A stretch of 64,000 nt of DNA from Lepidodermella squamata (taxonomy: Eukaryota > Animalia > Gastrotricha), in contig JBLDXI010000046.1 of assembly GCA_047495785.1 (NCBI GenBank), positions 868,001 through 932,000 of the forward strand, read 5' to 3'. The notes below the pieces were generated by a model, which worked only from the letters and a program-made list of their open reading frames with translations, searched no databases and was not told where the DNA came from. The translations under genes and the position numbers were made by a program. Each line of letters begins with the position of its first letter. Position 1 is the stretch's first letter. Positions 34,234 through 47,370 of the stretch are shown here, in pieces.

Positions 34234-37200
34234 TTACCGAGCATTCATTGTAGCATCCAACAAGCACAAAGCTGCGTATAATATATCAGGCAGTTGTTGT
34301 AGTCCAGGCTTCGCACCAGCCTCTGATTTCGGCATCACTTCGTCAATCATAATATTCGCGGAATCTTTCATATCAGCACGTTGGCCTCTCGTTGAGCCTC
34401 GCCGGCGTTCCATGCTGTTGAAAATCAGCTTATTCCCATGATGGCTTCCAGACGACTGTTGGCGGAATTTATTGAGCTTCCCAGCTAGTTTTTCCATAAG
34501 ACTAGCAGTTGTTTCGTTCGAAAGGTTGTTGACCGAGCTGCCAGCTATGTTTCTCAGCCGGCAATTCGCTCCAGCTTCGATCAGCCGTTCCGCATTATCG
34601 GAATACCCATTCTGGCACGCGAGAAATAGGGCGGAATTGCCAACCTCATTCACAGCATTAACGCTTGCCCCGGCTTTAATAAGAACATCGACTGTTTTAA
34701 GGTGGCCACAAGCCGAGGCGAGGATAAGGGCTGTATTGCCGTAACGGTCTAACTGCTCCAAGTTAGCGCCAAGTTGGCAAAGGCATTTCGCAACATCTGA
34801 ATGGCCTTTCCTCGCTGCGATGTGGAGAGCAGAATGTTGGTTAGGATTAGCCGGGGATCCACTATGGAAAATCGCCCCTGAGCATATCAGATAAGCCACG
34901 ATATTGACATGGCCTTTGATACAAGCAGCATCGAGTGGCGTATAGCCGAATTGGTTGACGGTGTCAAGAATAGCGCCGTGACGAACAAGTAATTCAACCG
35001 TATCTAAATGGCCGTTCCAAGCTGCGACATGAAGAGCCGTATTTCCGCATCTGTTAGCCAGTTTCAACAAAGTAGATTTCTTTGAAAGAATCAAATCCAC
35101 CACTTTGGCACTTCCGCTTGACGCAGCCAAGGTCAAAGCTGTATCCTCAAATTTGTTTCTATCAGAATCTAGATCTGCCCCTTTATCGCATAAAAGCTCA
35201 ACGACTTGAGTATGGCCGTTCAAACTTGCGAGAAGAAGCGCTGAATTTTCATATTGGTCCCTTGATTCTAGTTTCGCTCGATTCTCCAAAAGGAACTCAA
35301 CGATTTTGAAGTGGCCACCACAGCAAGCTCCGATCAGCGGGGTAACGCCTGAATGGTCAGCTTTCTCTAGAAGATCATTCCTCTCACTGGCCCCTGTTGC
35401 CTCTAATATCGATTTGACGCAATCAAAGTGACCGTTTTGACTCGCTAATAGTAAGGCGGATCGGCCGAAATTATCCACAAAGCTAGCAGTCGCGCCAGAT
35501 CGAAGAAGGAGATCCACCATCTCGGAATGACCTCTTGAAGCCGCGAGTATTAAGGCTGTCGAGCCAGCTTGATTTCGAGCATTAAGATCAACAGAATCCG
35601 ATTTAAGCAACAACTCCGCAACTGAAACGTGACCTTGCATTGCAGCGTAGGTCAAAGCTGTGTCGCCGAATTTGTTAGATTGGCCAGGTTTCGCCCCAAG
35701 CCCGAGTAGAAGCTCTACAACTGAAGTCAATCCCTTTTGACTAACAAGAATCAAAGCCGAATTTCCATAACGGTCAATCGATTCAATATTCGCACCAGCG
35801 TAGATCAACAGCTTAGTTTCATGCTCCAAACCTTGAAGAAGGCAAAGTGCTAGTAAAGAATCGCCATTTGCGTCTTTACGATCTATTGTCGACTTCTCTT
35901 CAAACTCTGCGAACAGCTCGACAAACCGGTCGTAATCTCCGGAAAAAATTGTATCGATTATAGGATGCCGATTCCTCTTGGCCAGAATTCGATCCTCGAT
36001 TTTCGAGTATATTTTCCTTAATTCGGTCGAATTTCGGCATATTTCTAATTGATCTTGGTTCAATAATGCCCCATTTTCGACTAAAATTCCCACTGCCTCG
36101 AAATTACCGCAATTTATCGCGGTCACAAGTGCGTTTGATCCATTTTTGTTACATTTTTCGATTTCTATCGATTTTTGCTGGCATAATGCATCGATAACTG
36201 ATAACGATCCGATTTTCGAACATGCGTCAATCAAGGGTGTTAATCCGTTGTTGTCAGCCAAATTAACGTCGATCTGAGGCGATTGTAGCAATTCACTTAC
36301 AGCTTTGAAAACTTGATAGCCAGGCGGTAGTGACTTGATAGCTTTAAGAAGGGCAGTTTCGCCAAGTTTGTTCCTCTGGTTAACATCGAATTTTCCGAGT
36401 TCGACGAGATATTTCACCAGTCCAGCATAGCCACGACTTGAAGCGATGATCAACGCATTGTCCCCAGTTAGATCGCAAGTTACGCTCAAATCAATCATGC
36501 GTAGCTCAATGAGCGACCTTAATAAATGGCTACAACCCTCTTTCGCCGCAATCAACAGTGTTTCTTTTTGAATTTTCCCGTTTTTCCGAAGCAGGTTGAA
36601 AACCGAAGATTCTGTCAATGAGTCTTTATGCATGACAACGGAACAAGCCACTCCAAGATGTTGGAAAAACGCGACCTCGCCGAATTTGCAGAAGAACTCG
36701 ACCGATAAGTTGCGTTCGGACGGGGTGTTCTCATTCAAGACCCACTTTTGCAGCAATAAGGTATGCAACGGGGACTGGCCAGTAGCGGAATCGATCTCAA
36801 GAGTCCTATCAGCTAACAACGTGTGGTTTTTCGCATCCCTCAGGACTATTTCCAGCAGAGAGGATCGACGAGCTTTAACTGCAGCGATTAGGAAACCTGG
36901 TTTTTCTAAAGCTGTCTCGACAAAAGCTGCCCGTAGCGCGTCTATAGACCTCGCACCACAAAACCGCTTTTCCAGGGCATGTTTCAGAATTGCTGGATAG
37001 AAAACCGGGTGGAGACGGTAAGTTGATGAAGACACCTTCGAAAGGAACAGTGATGCAGTCAAACTCTGGCATAGCTTCTTCGCGCCCTCAAGATCATTCG
37101 CTAACGTATCGATCCAGAACAAGCAAAGATCGGCAAAATCGACGCTTTCACCCTCGGAGTAGAGTAGGAACGTGTATAGACAAGCTCTTTGTTCCGCACT

Positions 37201-38540
37201 CTTGAAATTGAGGAGGAATAGCAAAACCTTTAAGGCGTCTTTCTCCTTAGTTTTTTCAATGCCCTGCACCAAATTAACGAATATTGCATCGACCTGAAGT
37301 TTTGTGGTTAGCTTTGAGAATTGGCTGGTCAAAAGCCGCGCGATTGCCGGAAGGCCATGGCAGAACTTTGATAATTGAATGATTTGTTGGTTTTCGAGGT
37401 GTTTCCGAGCTGCTGTTGTTCTGACCAGCAATCTATGAATGCTTTCTTCGCTCAATCTATCGATTTCAACGGCTTTAACGACGAAATCGGGCGAGGTCTC
37501 TAACACAGCGTTGATTTTGAAGGGTGATATTGCGATAGTTCGAACCCGATCACCTAGGCGGGTCATACATTGAAGTGCGTAGGGGTTGATGACGTCATCC
37601 AAAACCACGAGAACCCTAGTATTAGAATCATTGGAGAGTAGCTGTCGTAAAATTTCGCAGGTGATGCATTTGTCAATTTTCTGACTCGGGATCACACGAG
37701 CGTTTCGCAGGAGTTTATAAAGTTGGAGACAGAAAACTGGTTCGTCGAATCGCGGGGCGGAGCTGAGTTTCAGGAGACTAAGCCATATAACGGCGCTGAG
37801 GTTGCATTGTTTCGGAAGTGCTGCTGATTCTTCGAGCAGCACTTGCCCGATTAGGGAAGTTTTTCCGACGCCGTCCTGACCGTGAATCACAAGAGCACCT
37901 AAAATGAACAGAAATCCAATTCAAATAAATTTACTCAAAGCTGGGTAAAGCTCTTTTGGGAAATGATTCGGGAAAGGTTAGATGATTCAATGAATTTGAG
38001 GATTTAATGTCCTTAGATCTATGAAAAGGAAAACGACAAAATTAAGGAGGATTTCTGCATTCCTATGTCGAATCGACCCAAGTTCTTGAAGCCGGTCCAG
38101 AAAATTTTCACTTAAGGGGAATCAAACAAGGAGTGATTCTCTTTTCGTCTCTTGTTGGAAGCAGAATTTAGGATTATAATTGACGCTTAAGCGTAGCAAC
38201 AGTTGCTAAGGGGCTCGTTTGATTTTACCATAAATAATTTGAAAAGACAAGATTGATTTGGACTCATAGGTCCCTTGAATTCCGACCTCATTGTAGCAAA
38301 TATATCCCAAAAAATGTAAGATACTGTACCACCTTAACTGGATGGTAAAACAGCTCCTTAATTACCCGGGCCATAAATAATATAGGAATTAAGAGTTAAT
38401 TTGTGAATGGGACTGAAAAAGATGTAACCTTTTTACCTGGACTTGATGAAAGACAAAGCTCCTCGATAGCCTGTCGAACAACTTGAAGCTCCTTGCGTTG
38501 CTGAAACAGTTTCTGCGATTTTGACACCGGATACTGGCCA
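34234..38540 (-). CDS. NB-ARC (STAND NTPase)-winged helix-ankyrin repeat protein; 5'-most exon not identified
   Basis: Walker A GQDGVGKT, Walker B VLVVLDDV, GLP motif (CHGLPAI), LHP at the MHD-equivalent position, then roughly 18-20 ankyrin repeats. Upstream exon 38437-38540 (YPVSKSQKLFQQRKELQVV...) splices in phase via intron 37899-38436. Confidence 0.9.
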
Positions 38541-39947
38541 CTGATAGACCGTCGAACAAAATAATAGAAAAAACTATTTATTTTTTCTGCTAGCCGTAAT
38601 TTCGCGAATGAAAGCTATACAATATGCATTCTCGATAAACAAACCTCAGTAGCAAGATGGTTTGCGCACTTGTTGCCGGCATATAAATAGACAGGAAGTT
38701 AAATATAATCAGATTTCCGCAGCGCGCAGCTATTTATTCGCCCATTTCTGTATATCGATATCGATAGCCGTTATGCGCGTAGCATGTGTAGGGCACTTGC
38801 AAAATGCATCATCGCAAGATCAATCGCCTCTAAAATACAACAACACTAAGTCGCCACAAAAAATTAATGATGCTTTATTCATCGTGCTGCGAAGCTAAAG
38901 TTGATTTATACATGGCGATTACGAAAAATTATTGGCGATGAATCGCACCGCAAAAGCATTTTAAGATAGAGTGGCTTTGCAGTGTAAGTATGTTTAGACA
39001 GCATTAGTATTAATAAATTAAGTGTATTTAAAAAATGGAGCGAGACTATAACGGGAAGAGCGAGAAAAACGCTCTCAGCGCGACGACGAGACGTAATTTA
39101 TTACCCGTAAAAATCGATGCTAACCCAGCAGTACGCGCGGCAGTGTGATGTGCGCGGCTTTATTAGGGCCGAGAGTGGCCGCGCGCTTCTCCTGAGCTAT
39201 CAATAACAACAACTCTGTGTGTGCATTCAGCTGCTGTACTGCACCCGCGCGGCCGAGCTGAGGATGATACAGTGTTGCTGACACACATGATGATCAGGCG
39301 AAAGATATGTGCGCACCCTGTTTCGGTAAACAATAGAACGGGCGGGCGGGCTATCAAAACGTAATTACGCATTTTTACAAAGTGTAAGTATAATCATCTT
39401 CAGCGAACCTATTTTGTTCGATTTCATTACTTAATAATGTCGGCGCCCGATATACTCCAGTGTTATTGTTTTCCTGCGCTCGTACAAAGTCTTGAGCTGA
39501 TCTGAAGTACATAGTGTGGCTATTGTTCGGTTTAATTTGTTTACTCCTCGTTTAGACTCTCTGAACTCTCAAGGAAATTGGTTTAGACATCAATTTACAG
39601 CTGTTCCAGAGGTAATGAGTAACCTGTGTTCTGCGTAAAGTGTTGACACAAAATTTTCAAGTCAAAATGTAAAAATCGTTGGAAAAGGAAAAAATCACAT
39701 TCAGCGTGTCCCGTAAGTAACGCAGGAAAAGAAAATACATGGAAAAGGGTTCAGAAACTCTAAAATGGAGACGAAGTCACAGAAAATGTTAGAAAATTCA
39801 AAAATTCCCGAGAATAGTAATCATGTATGTCACTTGGTAATTTAAATTAAAAAGTCCAGAGAAATGTTGTCCAAGCGGGTAGAATACCGAAAATTACCAA
39901 ACCAGTTACCACGGGATGTTCCGGTTTTTTTCCGAAGTAACATGAAA

Positions 39948-41215
39948 CCATCGAACTAATAATTTCTTTCCGCGAACCATTTTTACATAAACCAGCGGAA
40001 CCATCGAAATATAATTATTATTCTATATTCATCGGAAATTCATATTTAAGTTAATATTTAAATATTATTCCGATGGTTTAAGACATCGTATAAAATCACG
40101 AATAATGAAACGAGTTGCGGGAATATAGCATGCTAGCGTCCAAATTTAAAATTAAGCATGACCACGGTTAGCTCGGCCCCGCCCACGGCCTCGAACACGA
40201 ATGCTCAGTTGGCTCTTCTTGTAGGATAGCGTCCACGGCAAGGCTTCGAGCAATCAAAATTTGTAGTGTAATTTGCTGAGGTTAGGATTCTCGCTGGAAA
40301 TTCAAAAAAATTGGCAGAATCAATTTTGAATTTCTAGAATCTCTGTGCCAACTTAGATCGATAAGACGTCTCGTGGACCCTTTGAGGTTACTTGTCTCTT
40401 AAGAAGGATGGGAGCCTCCTAGAAGTCTGAAATTTGAAAATTCAAAATCCTCAACCAAAACTGAGTCCGAGAATGGTCCTTTTTCAAGTCAACACCCTAT
40501 TTGCGACTCTCGATACTTGTTAACGGTCAATTACTAATAGACTGAAACCGTCGGAAATACCTCGGTACGTGATAAAGCGAGCTAAACAACGGTGCGCAAG
40601 TCATTAACTTTACCACAATGACTTCTCAAAATTGACTTATGAGCGTCGGAAAATCCTAAAAACTAAATCCTTACTTCCAAGCCACTTGTGACCATTCATT
40701 TTCACATGAAAGTATCACATCAGTCGCAATATACTTCGATGCCAAATGATAGTTCTATGGTCGTATAACCAGACGAGGATGATTCTTGATAAGCTTCATC
40801 ATCAAACTCAACTTCGCCAATAGGGTCAGACTTATTTAATAGCGCGACCCTGTGCAGGCTCGTTGGCGCCACAGCTCAATAACTGTTACACGCAGTTCGC
40901 AGTTACACGCAGCACCTACGAGGACTAATGTCATCCTCATAAGCTTTTAATCTATGTATTCATCATCAGTCTGGTGTCTGATTATCAGACTCGTAATTTC
41001 TAAAAAAATCCAATATCGAAGACTGAAAGCAAAGGAAACCAGGTCGAGCGCATTCCGACAGGTTAAGCTAGTGTTCCGATTGATTAAGATCATGTTCCGA
41101 TGTAATAATGCAGTAAAATGACTTTCCGATGGTTTAATTTAGTTTTCACCCGTTTTATATATTTCCGACGTTTTAAGTAAAAATGGTTCGCGGAAAGAAA
41201 TTATTAGTTCGATGG
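39948..41215. mobile_element. DNA-transposon remnant bounded by perfect 39-bp inverted repeats
   Basis: CCATCGAACTAATAATTTCTTTCCGCGAACCATTTTTAC at 39948-39986 and its reverse complement at 41177-41215; true termini and TSD not resolved. Confidence 0.6.
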
Positions 41216-42104
41216 AATGATGTAGACCCTTTTTTCCGGTACCTTAATTTTCAATTTCTTCGTTAAAATCGCTGGTAAAAGCTGGATTATTCTCCCGTTA
41301 GGTTAAATTCAACAAATTAATTTAATTTCCTACAAATTAAATAATAGCTGCACAACTTCTGGGACATGCTGTGATAAGGAGTGAGTTTGATTTCGCCCGT
41401 CTTTTTACGACCTTAGCTGGGAATCACTCATTCGCTCAGCATGCTTTCGACTTTCGAAATCTGATTCATCGCGTCCAACTCCATGCGGTTGCGTGAAAGC
41501 TTATAAAAAATTAGTAAAAAATGTCTCGCACACAGCATTAATTTGGTCAAAGTGATTTGACAAAAAACGCGGCCGAGCAAACATTCGTATGTAGGTTAGC
41601 GCAATAATATTATAGTAATATACCCCACTGCTGCACACCGCAAACAATGCAGACCAGGCACAGTATATCCAATTATGATTTTTTTCAGTCAACGGGAATG
41701 TGTTTTATTCCAAGTCAATACGATCATTATAAGTGTCATTAACAGGTGAATTCTTGTAATTTATTTTACGATGGAGCATTTTTGGTCCTTTTTATGAGCC
41801 ATCAGATAACAACAATAGGTATATACAGCCAAGAGATTGTTTTTTCTAGCCGATCTGATTAATTATAACAGTCCGGACTGGTTTATTTGTTGACAATAGC
41901 TATTTTGATAATTACGCCGCTCTGTTTTACAAGATAAAAAGAGTGCTCATTGCGTCACCGCGCAATTTGGGGAGGTCGCACTGCGCTTATCATTATAGGT
42001 CGATTCTTATCTGTGTCGCGCGTGACACTAGATTACGCTGCTGAGGGAGGGGCGAGTCGACCCAAAACATCGCATTATCATCGCAGCAACAAGACTGTAG
42101 CTAT

Positions 42105-43608
42105 ATGGTAGCGTGTCAAAAATCGCTTCCACTCGGCTCGAAGCGATGGCCAATCGGCGCCCGTTGGATCACTCTAGTCATCGGCATTTTCGGCCAGGCG
42201 TGTTACTGCATGCCGCTTACGATCGGCGTGTGGCAAAACGCCATGCGGGCTATGCTCAATCAAACGGCGACTGAGGCTAACATCATGGCTCAGGTGTGCG
42301 TAATCGGGCAAACTGTCGCTCTACCCGCGAGTCTCACCTACGAACACTACGGCAGCCAGGTGACTGCCTTAATCGGTGGGGTATTCGCTAGTGGTACCTT
42401 TGTTTTAATGGCGATGGCTCTAACGATTTGGCGAGACTTTTTCGCCCAGACTATGTGGCTCCTCTACGTAGTTTGGTTCTTCAACGCGTTGGGGAGTATT
42501 TTCACCTACATGGCGTCGACCATGCCAAATATCAAGAATTTCGAGTTCCGCCATCGTGGGAAAATCATTGGAATACTCAATGCGGCTTCTTGCCTCGGCC
42601 CAGCTATGTTCTCAGTTCTTTACAACACATTATTCACAAACGGTTACGTCGCCCATGGTGAGGAAGATGGGCAGAATTTACCCGGCTACTTCCTACTCCT
42701 AGCCTCGGTCTACTGTCTGGTGACTCTAGTGCTAATCCTGTTCACCGGGGAGCTGAGTTTATTCACAAACGACGAAGAGGCAGCTTTGAATAGCCACAAG
42801 CCTCCGAGCAATTTTTCAGAATGCCCTTACGTTGAACAGTCGCCTCGGCACTTGATCTGCAAACCCAACTACTGGCTTTGCGTTATTCAATTCAGTCTAG
42901 CTGCTTGTAGCCAATTGACGTTTCAGAATAACATCGGCACTTATTTGCGGTCGTATCACCTCGATCAATCGCACAACATGGGCTTCACAGCTGGCGGGAA
43001 TGTCGCAGCGGCTGTTGCGAGTTTCATCGCTGGGCAGATTTCCGATTTATTAGTACATCGGTATAAAGTCGCGCCGAGTTGTGCGGTATTTTTGCTGCCA
43101 TACTTGCTGCAAGCGGCGTTTTTAGGCGCATCGATTGGAGTTGGAGATGACTACTACGTCCTCCTGTTTACGAATATCAGCGTTGGACTGGGCTTCGGTG
43201 TAACCTGGAGCCAGTCTGCTACTGTTTTAGCTGATCTTTTTGGCGACAAGCATCTACCTTCGAACTGGGGCTGGGCCCTTCTTGTATCAGGATTGTTAGG
43301 TAAGTTCGATTTTTACGCTGGAACCCTTCCTAATTTGAGAATTTCCAGGTTTCCCCTTCTCCTATGGATTCAGCGCGGTTTACGAGGAGCACATAGAAGG
43401 GGAGGGCGAGATCTATTGCTACGGTCTCAACTGTTTCAGATGGAGCTACATCTTGCTATCTACAGCAAGTGTTGGCGCATTCTTCGCCATTCTAGCCCTT
43501 TGGAGAAATATGATGATAAATGCGAAGGAGAGGCGGAAAATTATTGAGACGGATGCGATGTGTGCAATGACCCCGCCGCTGATAACATCCAGTGAAAGTG
43601 GTGTTTGA
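42105..43608 (+). CDS. MFS transporter, nodulin-like/MCH1/NFD4 type (one intron, 43300-43348)
   Basis: About 12 hydrophobic segments; NIKNFEFRHRGKIIG, GQISD, ADLFGDKHLPSNWG; spliced C-terminus with CYGLNCF. Confidence 0.85.
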
Positions 43609-44083
43609 AATAGCTTTCCCAGAATTTTTCAGAGATTATTTTCTCCGATGATAGCGCTGTCTTGGCGCGATAAAAAAAACGAGTTTTTCACTTGACACCC
43701 GGATCACAGTTTTGTTCTGGTTAATTTTCGATTATTTTGAATAAACTGCTAGTTTCTTCTTTCATGAGAAATCGTCTTGTTTTCCAAGTAGACGCGCTTG
43801 CATTTCGAGCAAACACACGCCATGCGCGGGTATAATAGGGAAAGAAGAGCAATGATGCGGCATAATAACCTTTGTTAAGGAATGTGTGGGACGGACGGAT
43901 CCTCACTGATGCGGCGGTCATTTATTGGCACTCAGACAACATTGGGTAAACAACCCCGCCCGAGCTATTATCATGTGATGGCAATTTACCATGGGGATAT
44001 AATAGAAGCTGTACCTGGTTAGAATACGTAAACAAGTCGCATAGTAGTCATCCTGATTTTTTGGGAATTTTCGCAGCAGTTTA

Positions 44084-46162
44084 ATGGAGGTAGAAGCTTT
44101 TCGACGTTTGACGCAAGTCAACCAGTTAATCGATCCATGTTGCGAACGGACCTACGCAATCGATCGATTTCTGTACGCCTACAATGCCACCCGTGATCGC
44201 CCAGCACCGCCACCGGACTCAATTGTCCAGCACTGTCAACAAACTGCAGCAGCCCCAGTCTCAGCAGCTCTGCCACGAATCGAAATAACTAAGGAAAATG
44301 CGATCACTCTCTCCGAGATGGTCAAAGAAGGCGTTAACGTCTTCGTAGGAAAATGTGTCATCGTTCGAGTTGTTACCCCTAGCGACAAGGTCACTGCTGT
44401 ATCTGTTGTAGTAGACGATCCCGATGGCGAAATAGGTGTACCACTGTTCCTATACAACTACCATTCAAACTCAGTTCCTATTGGTACAATAGCAGCTCTC
44501 ATGAATCCTTATCTCAAGGTGACAGTGGCTGGATACCTTGGCTTACGTTGCGACAACCCAAGGGCTTATTTCCAGGTCCTAACGAAAGATCATCCTATTT
44601 TAGACGGCATAACGTGGAAGGCTAAATTGCCGTTCAAAAGCGAACTGGTCGAAGATCAGCAACTCAATACGGCGAAATTCAACTCGGCAGGGGTGAAGCT
44701 TTACAAGAATAAGGATTACGAGAAGGCCTTGCAGTGCTTTGATTTAGCGTTGAAACAGCCTAATGTTGAGGAGGACGGGGAAAAGCTCATCAAAATTCTC
44801 GTTAATCGTTCAGCGACTTTAATTGAGCTCGGCAGGTCACGTGATGCTCTTGAAGATGCGGAGCGCGGGCTCAGGGTCGATCCTAGCAATACGAAATTGA
44901 TGTTCCGAAAGGCAACTGCCCTAATGTTACTCGGCTTCAATGAAAAGTGCGTCGAATTTCTATCGGATGAGAAACATCAAACTGATTTGACGAAGGTATT
45001 TCTACACCAGGCTGAAAAAGCAGTGGCCGAGTCGAAAACAGGCAATTACGACCTTGCCGAAATGTGGCGCGAGTCTCAGAAGAGCCTGCATTTAGCTGGT
45101 CATGGTGATTACTTCGCTGGAAATCTAGTTGAGGTACGAGAAATCGACGGCTATGGGCGAGGTTTAGTCGCAAAGCAGGATTTAGAACCAGGGCAATTAC
45201 TGATAGCTGAGAAAGCGATAGGGTTCGCAACAAACACGACAATGACTTTTCAAATCGACCCAGTTGGCAGACAGATGGACGTTGGCCTCGACAAAATAAT
45301 TGATACCATCTTAGATCGGCTCGCTAATAGACCCGATTTGCGTGAGGAATTCTACCGAATGTACCCGGGTCCTGGTTTGGATATCGGCCCTTGCCCGTCC
45401 GAAGGCACTGAAGATATCGAACGTATCAAATACATAGCTAGGGCTAACGTATTCGGGGCTGATTTCAATACGACTGGAATGTCGAAAACCGGGGGTGTTT
45501 GGATGCGATCGTCCTATGTCAACCATACTTGCGTCGACGTGAATTGCACGCGAGCTTTTATTGGCGATTACTTGTTCGTTAGGACTTGCCGAAAAATCAC
45601 TCAAGGCGAGCAGCTTTTCTTCTCCTATCTACCTAGTTCAACGCTATTCGACGAAAGAGATCGTCAGCTCCGTTTATGCCGAGGATTTGTTTGCAAATGC
45701 AGACTTTGCGAATTCGACCGCAACGACGCTCGGTCAAATCTAGAGCGTTTGGCGGTCATTAAGGACCAAGTGACTAAGCTGGAGCGGAATTTGACAGACA
45801 ACTCTGTCGAACCCTTAGAAGTTCTTCTTGAGGCGGCCTGTAACATCAGACCTCAGTTTGAGCTGAATCAAGTCGCGTTGGGAATAACTCGCTTGCTTAG
45901 CATGGTTCATTTGTTCACAATTGGAAACGAAGCCAAAGCCCTGGCGCTTATAGAGCGACATTTCGATGCTATGACAGCGAATGGCAACGTGGATAGTGCT
46001 GTTTTTGAGTTTGCCCTGACTTTCCCCAGCCTGGAATCGATTACGGACGAAGAGAAACGCGCCTTTTGGATGAGACGCATCGAACCAATGGCGAAAATGT
46101 GGCCCGGCAGTCGCGAGTTGCTTTTCGAATATGCTATGAAAGTACTCAGCTCTTTTGCTTGA
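44084..46162 (+). CDS. Intronless TPR + SET domain protein (SMYD/Set5-like lysine methyltransferase)
   Basis: Three TPRs (GVKLYKNKDYEKALQCF, NRSATLIELG, FRKATAL); SET motifs GRGLVA, SYVNHTC, GEQLFFSY; post-SET FVCKCRLC. Confidence 0.88.
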   Translation: MEVEAFRRLTQVNQLIDPCCERTYAIDRFLYAYNATRDRPAPPPDSIVQHCQQTAAAPVSAALPRIEITKENAITLSEMVKEGVNVFVGKCVIVRVVTPSDKVTAVSVVVDDPDGEIGVPLFLYNYHSNSVPIGTIAALMNPYLKVTVAGYLGLRCDNPRAYFQVLTKDHPILDGITWKAKLPFKSELVEDQQLNTAKFNSAGVKLYKNKDYEKALQCFDLALKQPNVEEDGEKLIKILVNRSATLIELGRSRDALEDAERGLRVDPSNTKLMFRKATALMLLGFNEKCVEFLSDEKHQTDLTKVFLHQAEKAVAESKTGNYDLAEMWRESQKSLHLAGHGDYFAGNLVEVREIDGYGRGLVAKQDLEPGQLLIAEKAIGFATNTTMTFQIDPVGRQMDVGLDKIIDTILDRLANRPDLREEFYRMYPGPGLDIGPCPSEGTEDIERIKYIARANVFGADFNTTGMSKTGGVWMRSSYVNHTCVDVNCTRAFIGDYLFVRTCRKITQGEQLFFSYLPSSTLFDERDRQLRLCRGFVCKCRLCEFDRNDARSNLERLAVIKDQVTKLERNLTDNSVEPLEVLLEAACNIRPQFELNQVALGITRLLSMVHLFTIGNEAKALALIERHFDAMTANGNVDSAVFEFALTFPSLESITDEEKRAFWMRRIEPMAKMWPGSRELLFEYAMKVLSSFA

Positions 46163-46438
46163 CATAATGACACACCCACTGTTGCAACTGATATAACGTA
46201 TCTCCCGCTTTTCTCCTATCAGATTTCATTTATAGCGACGCAATAAAATAGTTCATGGGGAGCAACCTATTCTTTGAAAAAATGATTCACAATATAGGTA
46301 TTCATTTTAAATCATGATACGTTGCAGATGATTACTTTTTCGCTGTACGCGATAACAGATCTGTAAAATAAATCATCAGCAACTGTCTACTGTCTAAATT
46401 TCCGCTTCCGCAACAGGTCATTGTGATAATTTGGACAA

Positions 46439-47118
46439 ATGAGGAACGTTGTTTTTTTCGTTTTTTTTGTTGCCTCGTTGTCACTTGGGGCATCGGCTTA
46501 CCTTAATCCAACATGTCAACGAGCAATTCACAATATGGCGTGCTCAACGAAAACTTCTGGCTACTATGAGGCTCGAATTAGCTGTTCGTGGGAAGATTAT
46601 TCGCCACCTCTCGACAATTCCACGGCATTTTACATCATCAGCTACGCCACATATTCCTTTAATAGGGGCAATAAAGTTTGGGGACATCGATTCCATACAA
46701 ATTCATCTTCTCCGAACTTTGAGCTGATGACAAAGAGTAGCGGATACACTTTTGTGGTAAAATTACCAGCGTTTTTGGGTAATATTATTAGCCAATCTAT
46801 ATAATATTCCAGATAACAGTCGCTCGCGTGAATAATTCCATTCCGTCTTGTATGGAATCGGCTAAACTCTTCGTGTCAACATTGGAAGGAAAATATACAA
46901 GTCTGGCAATCATCGTCGCGTTCGCGGCTTTTTTCCTCGGTATTCTTGGAATGGGTATTCTTATCTGCCTCTTCCGTTGCATGGATAAATGCTTGCAGAA
47001 ATTGTGGGCATGTTGCAGCTCTGTAGATGCGTCGGAAATTCGCGAACCAATCAAATCTATTTTCGCACCAAAGGTACCGCAGAAAAATGTCAATGGCGAG
47101 GGCAATTTTACAGCATAG
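46439..47118 (+). CDS. Small type I membrane protein with one FN3-like domain, paralog 1 (intron 46757-46812)
   Basis: Signal peptide; C-x3-(I/V)xN(M/L)xC...IxCxW...YxIxY; TM helix; Cys-rich tail. Confidence 0.75.
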
Positions 47119-47370
47119 AAAGACGACATTACCAGATCCTATAATAAAACTTTGATGAGAACTGTCTGAAAAACAAAAGATGCATTTTTGCAGCCTAGGG
47201 CGAGAAAAAGCATCGCTGATGACACTATTCAGTAATCCCGGTATTGAATAGAAGAGTGCAAACAGGACATTTTCGGATTATAGATTAGACTCGGTATTAA
47301 TTTTCTGATATTTTTGCTGCTTCCGGTGCATTTAGCCTAAATAAAGATATCACGAATTTCAGACTTTTCA

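Noticed and set aside
43300-43547. Odd basic C-terminus of the 480-aa MFS ORF
   Set aside because: This is read-through of a 49-nt intron; the spliced frame ends at 43608.
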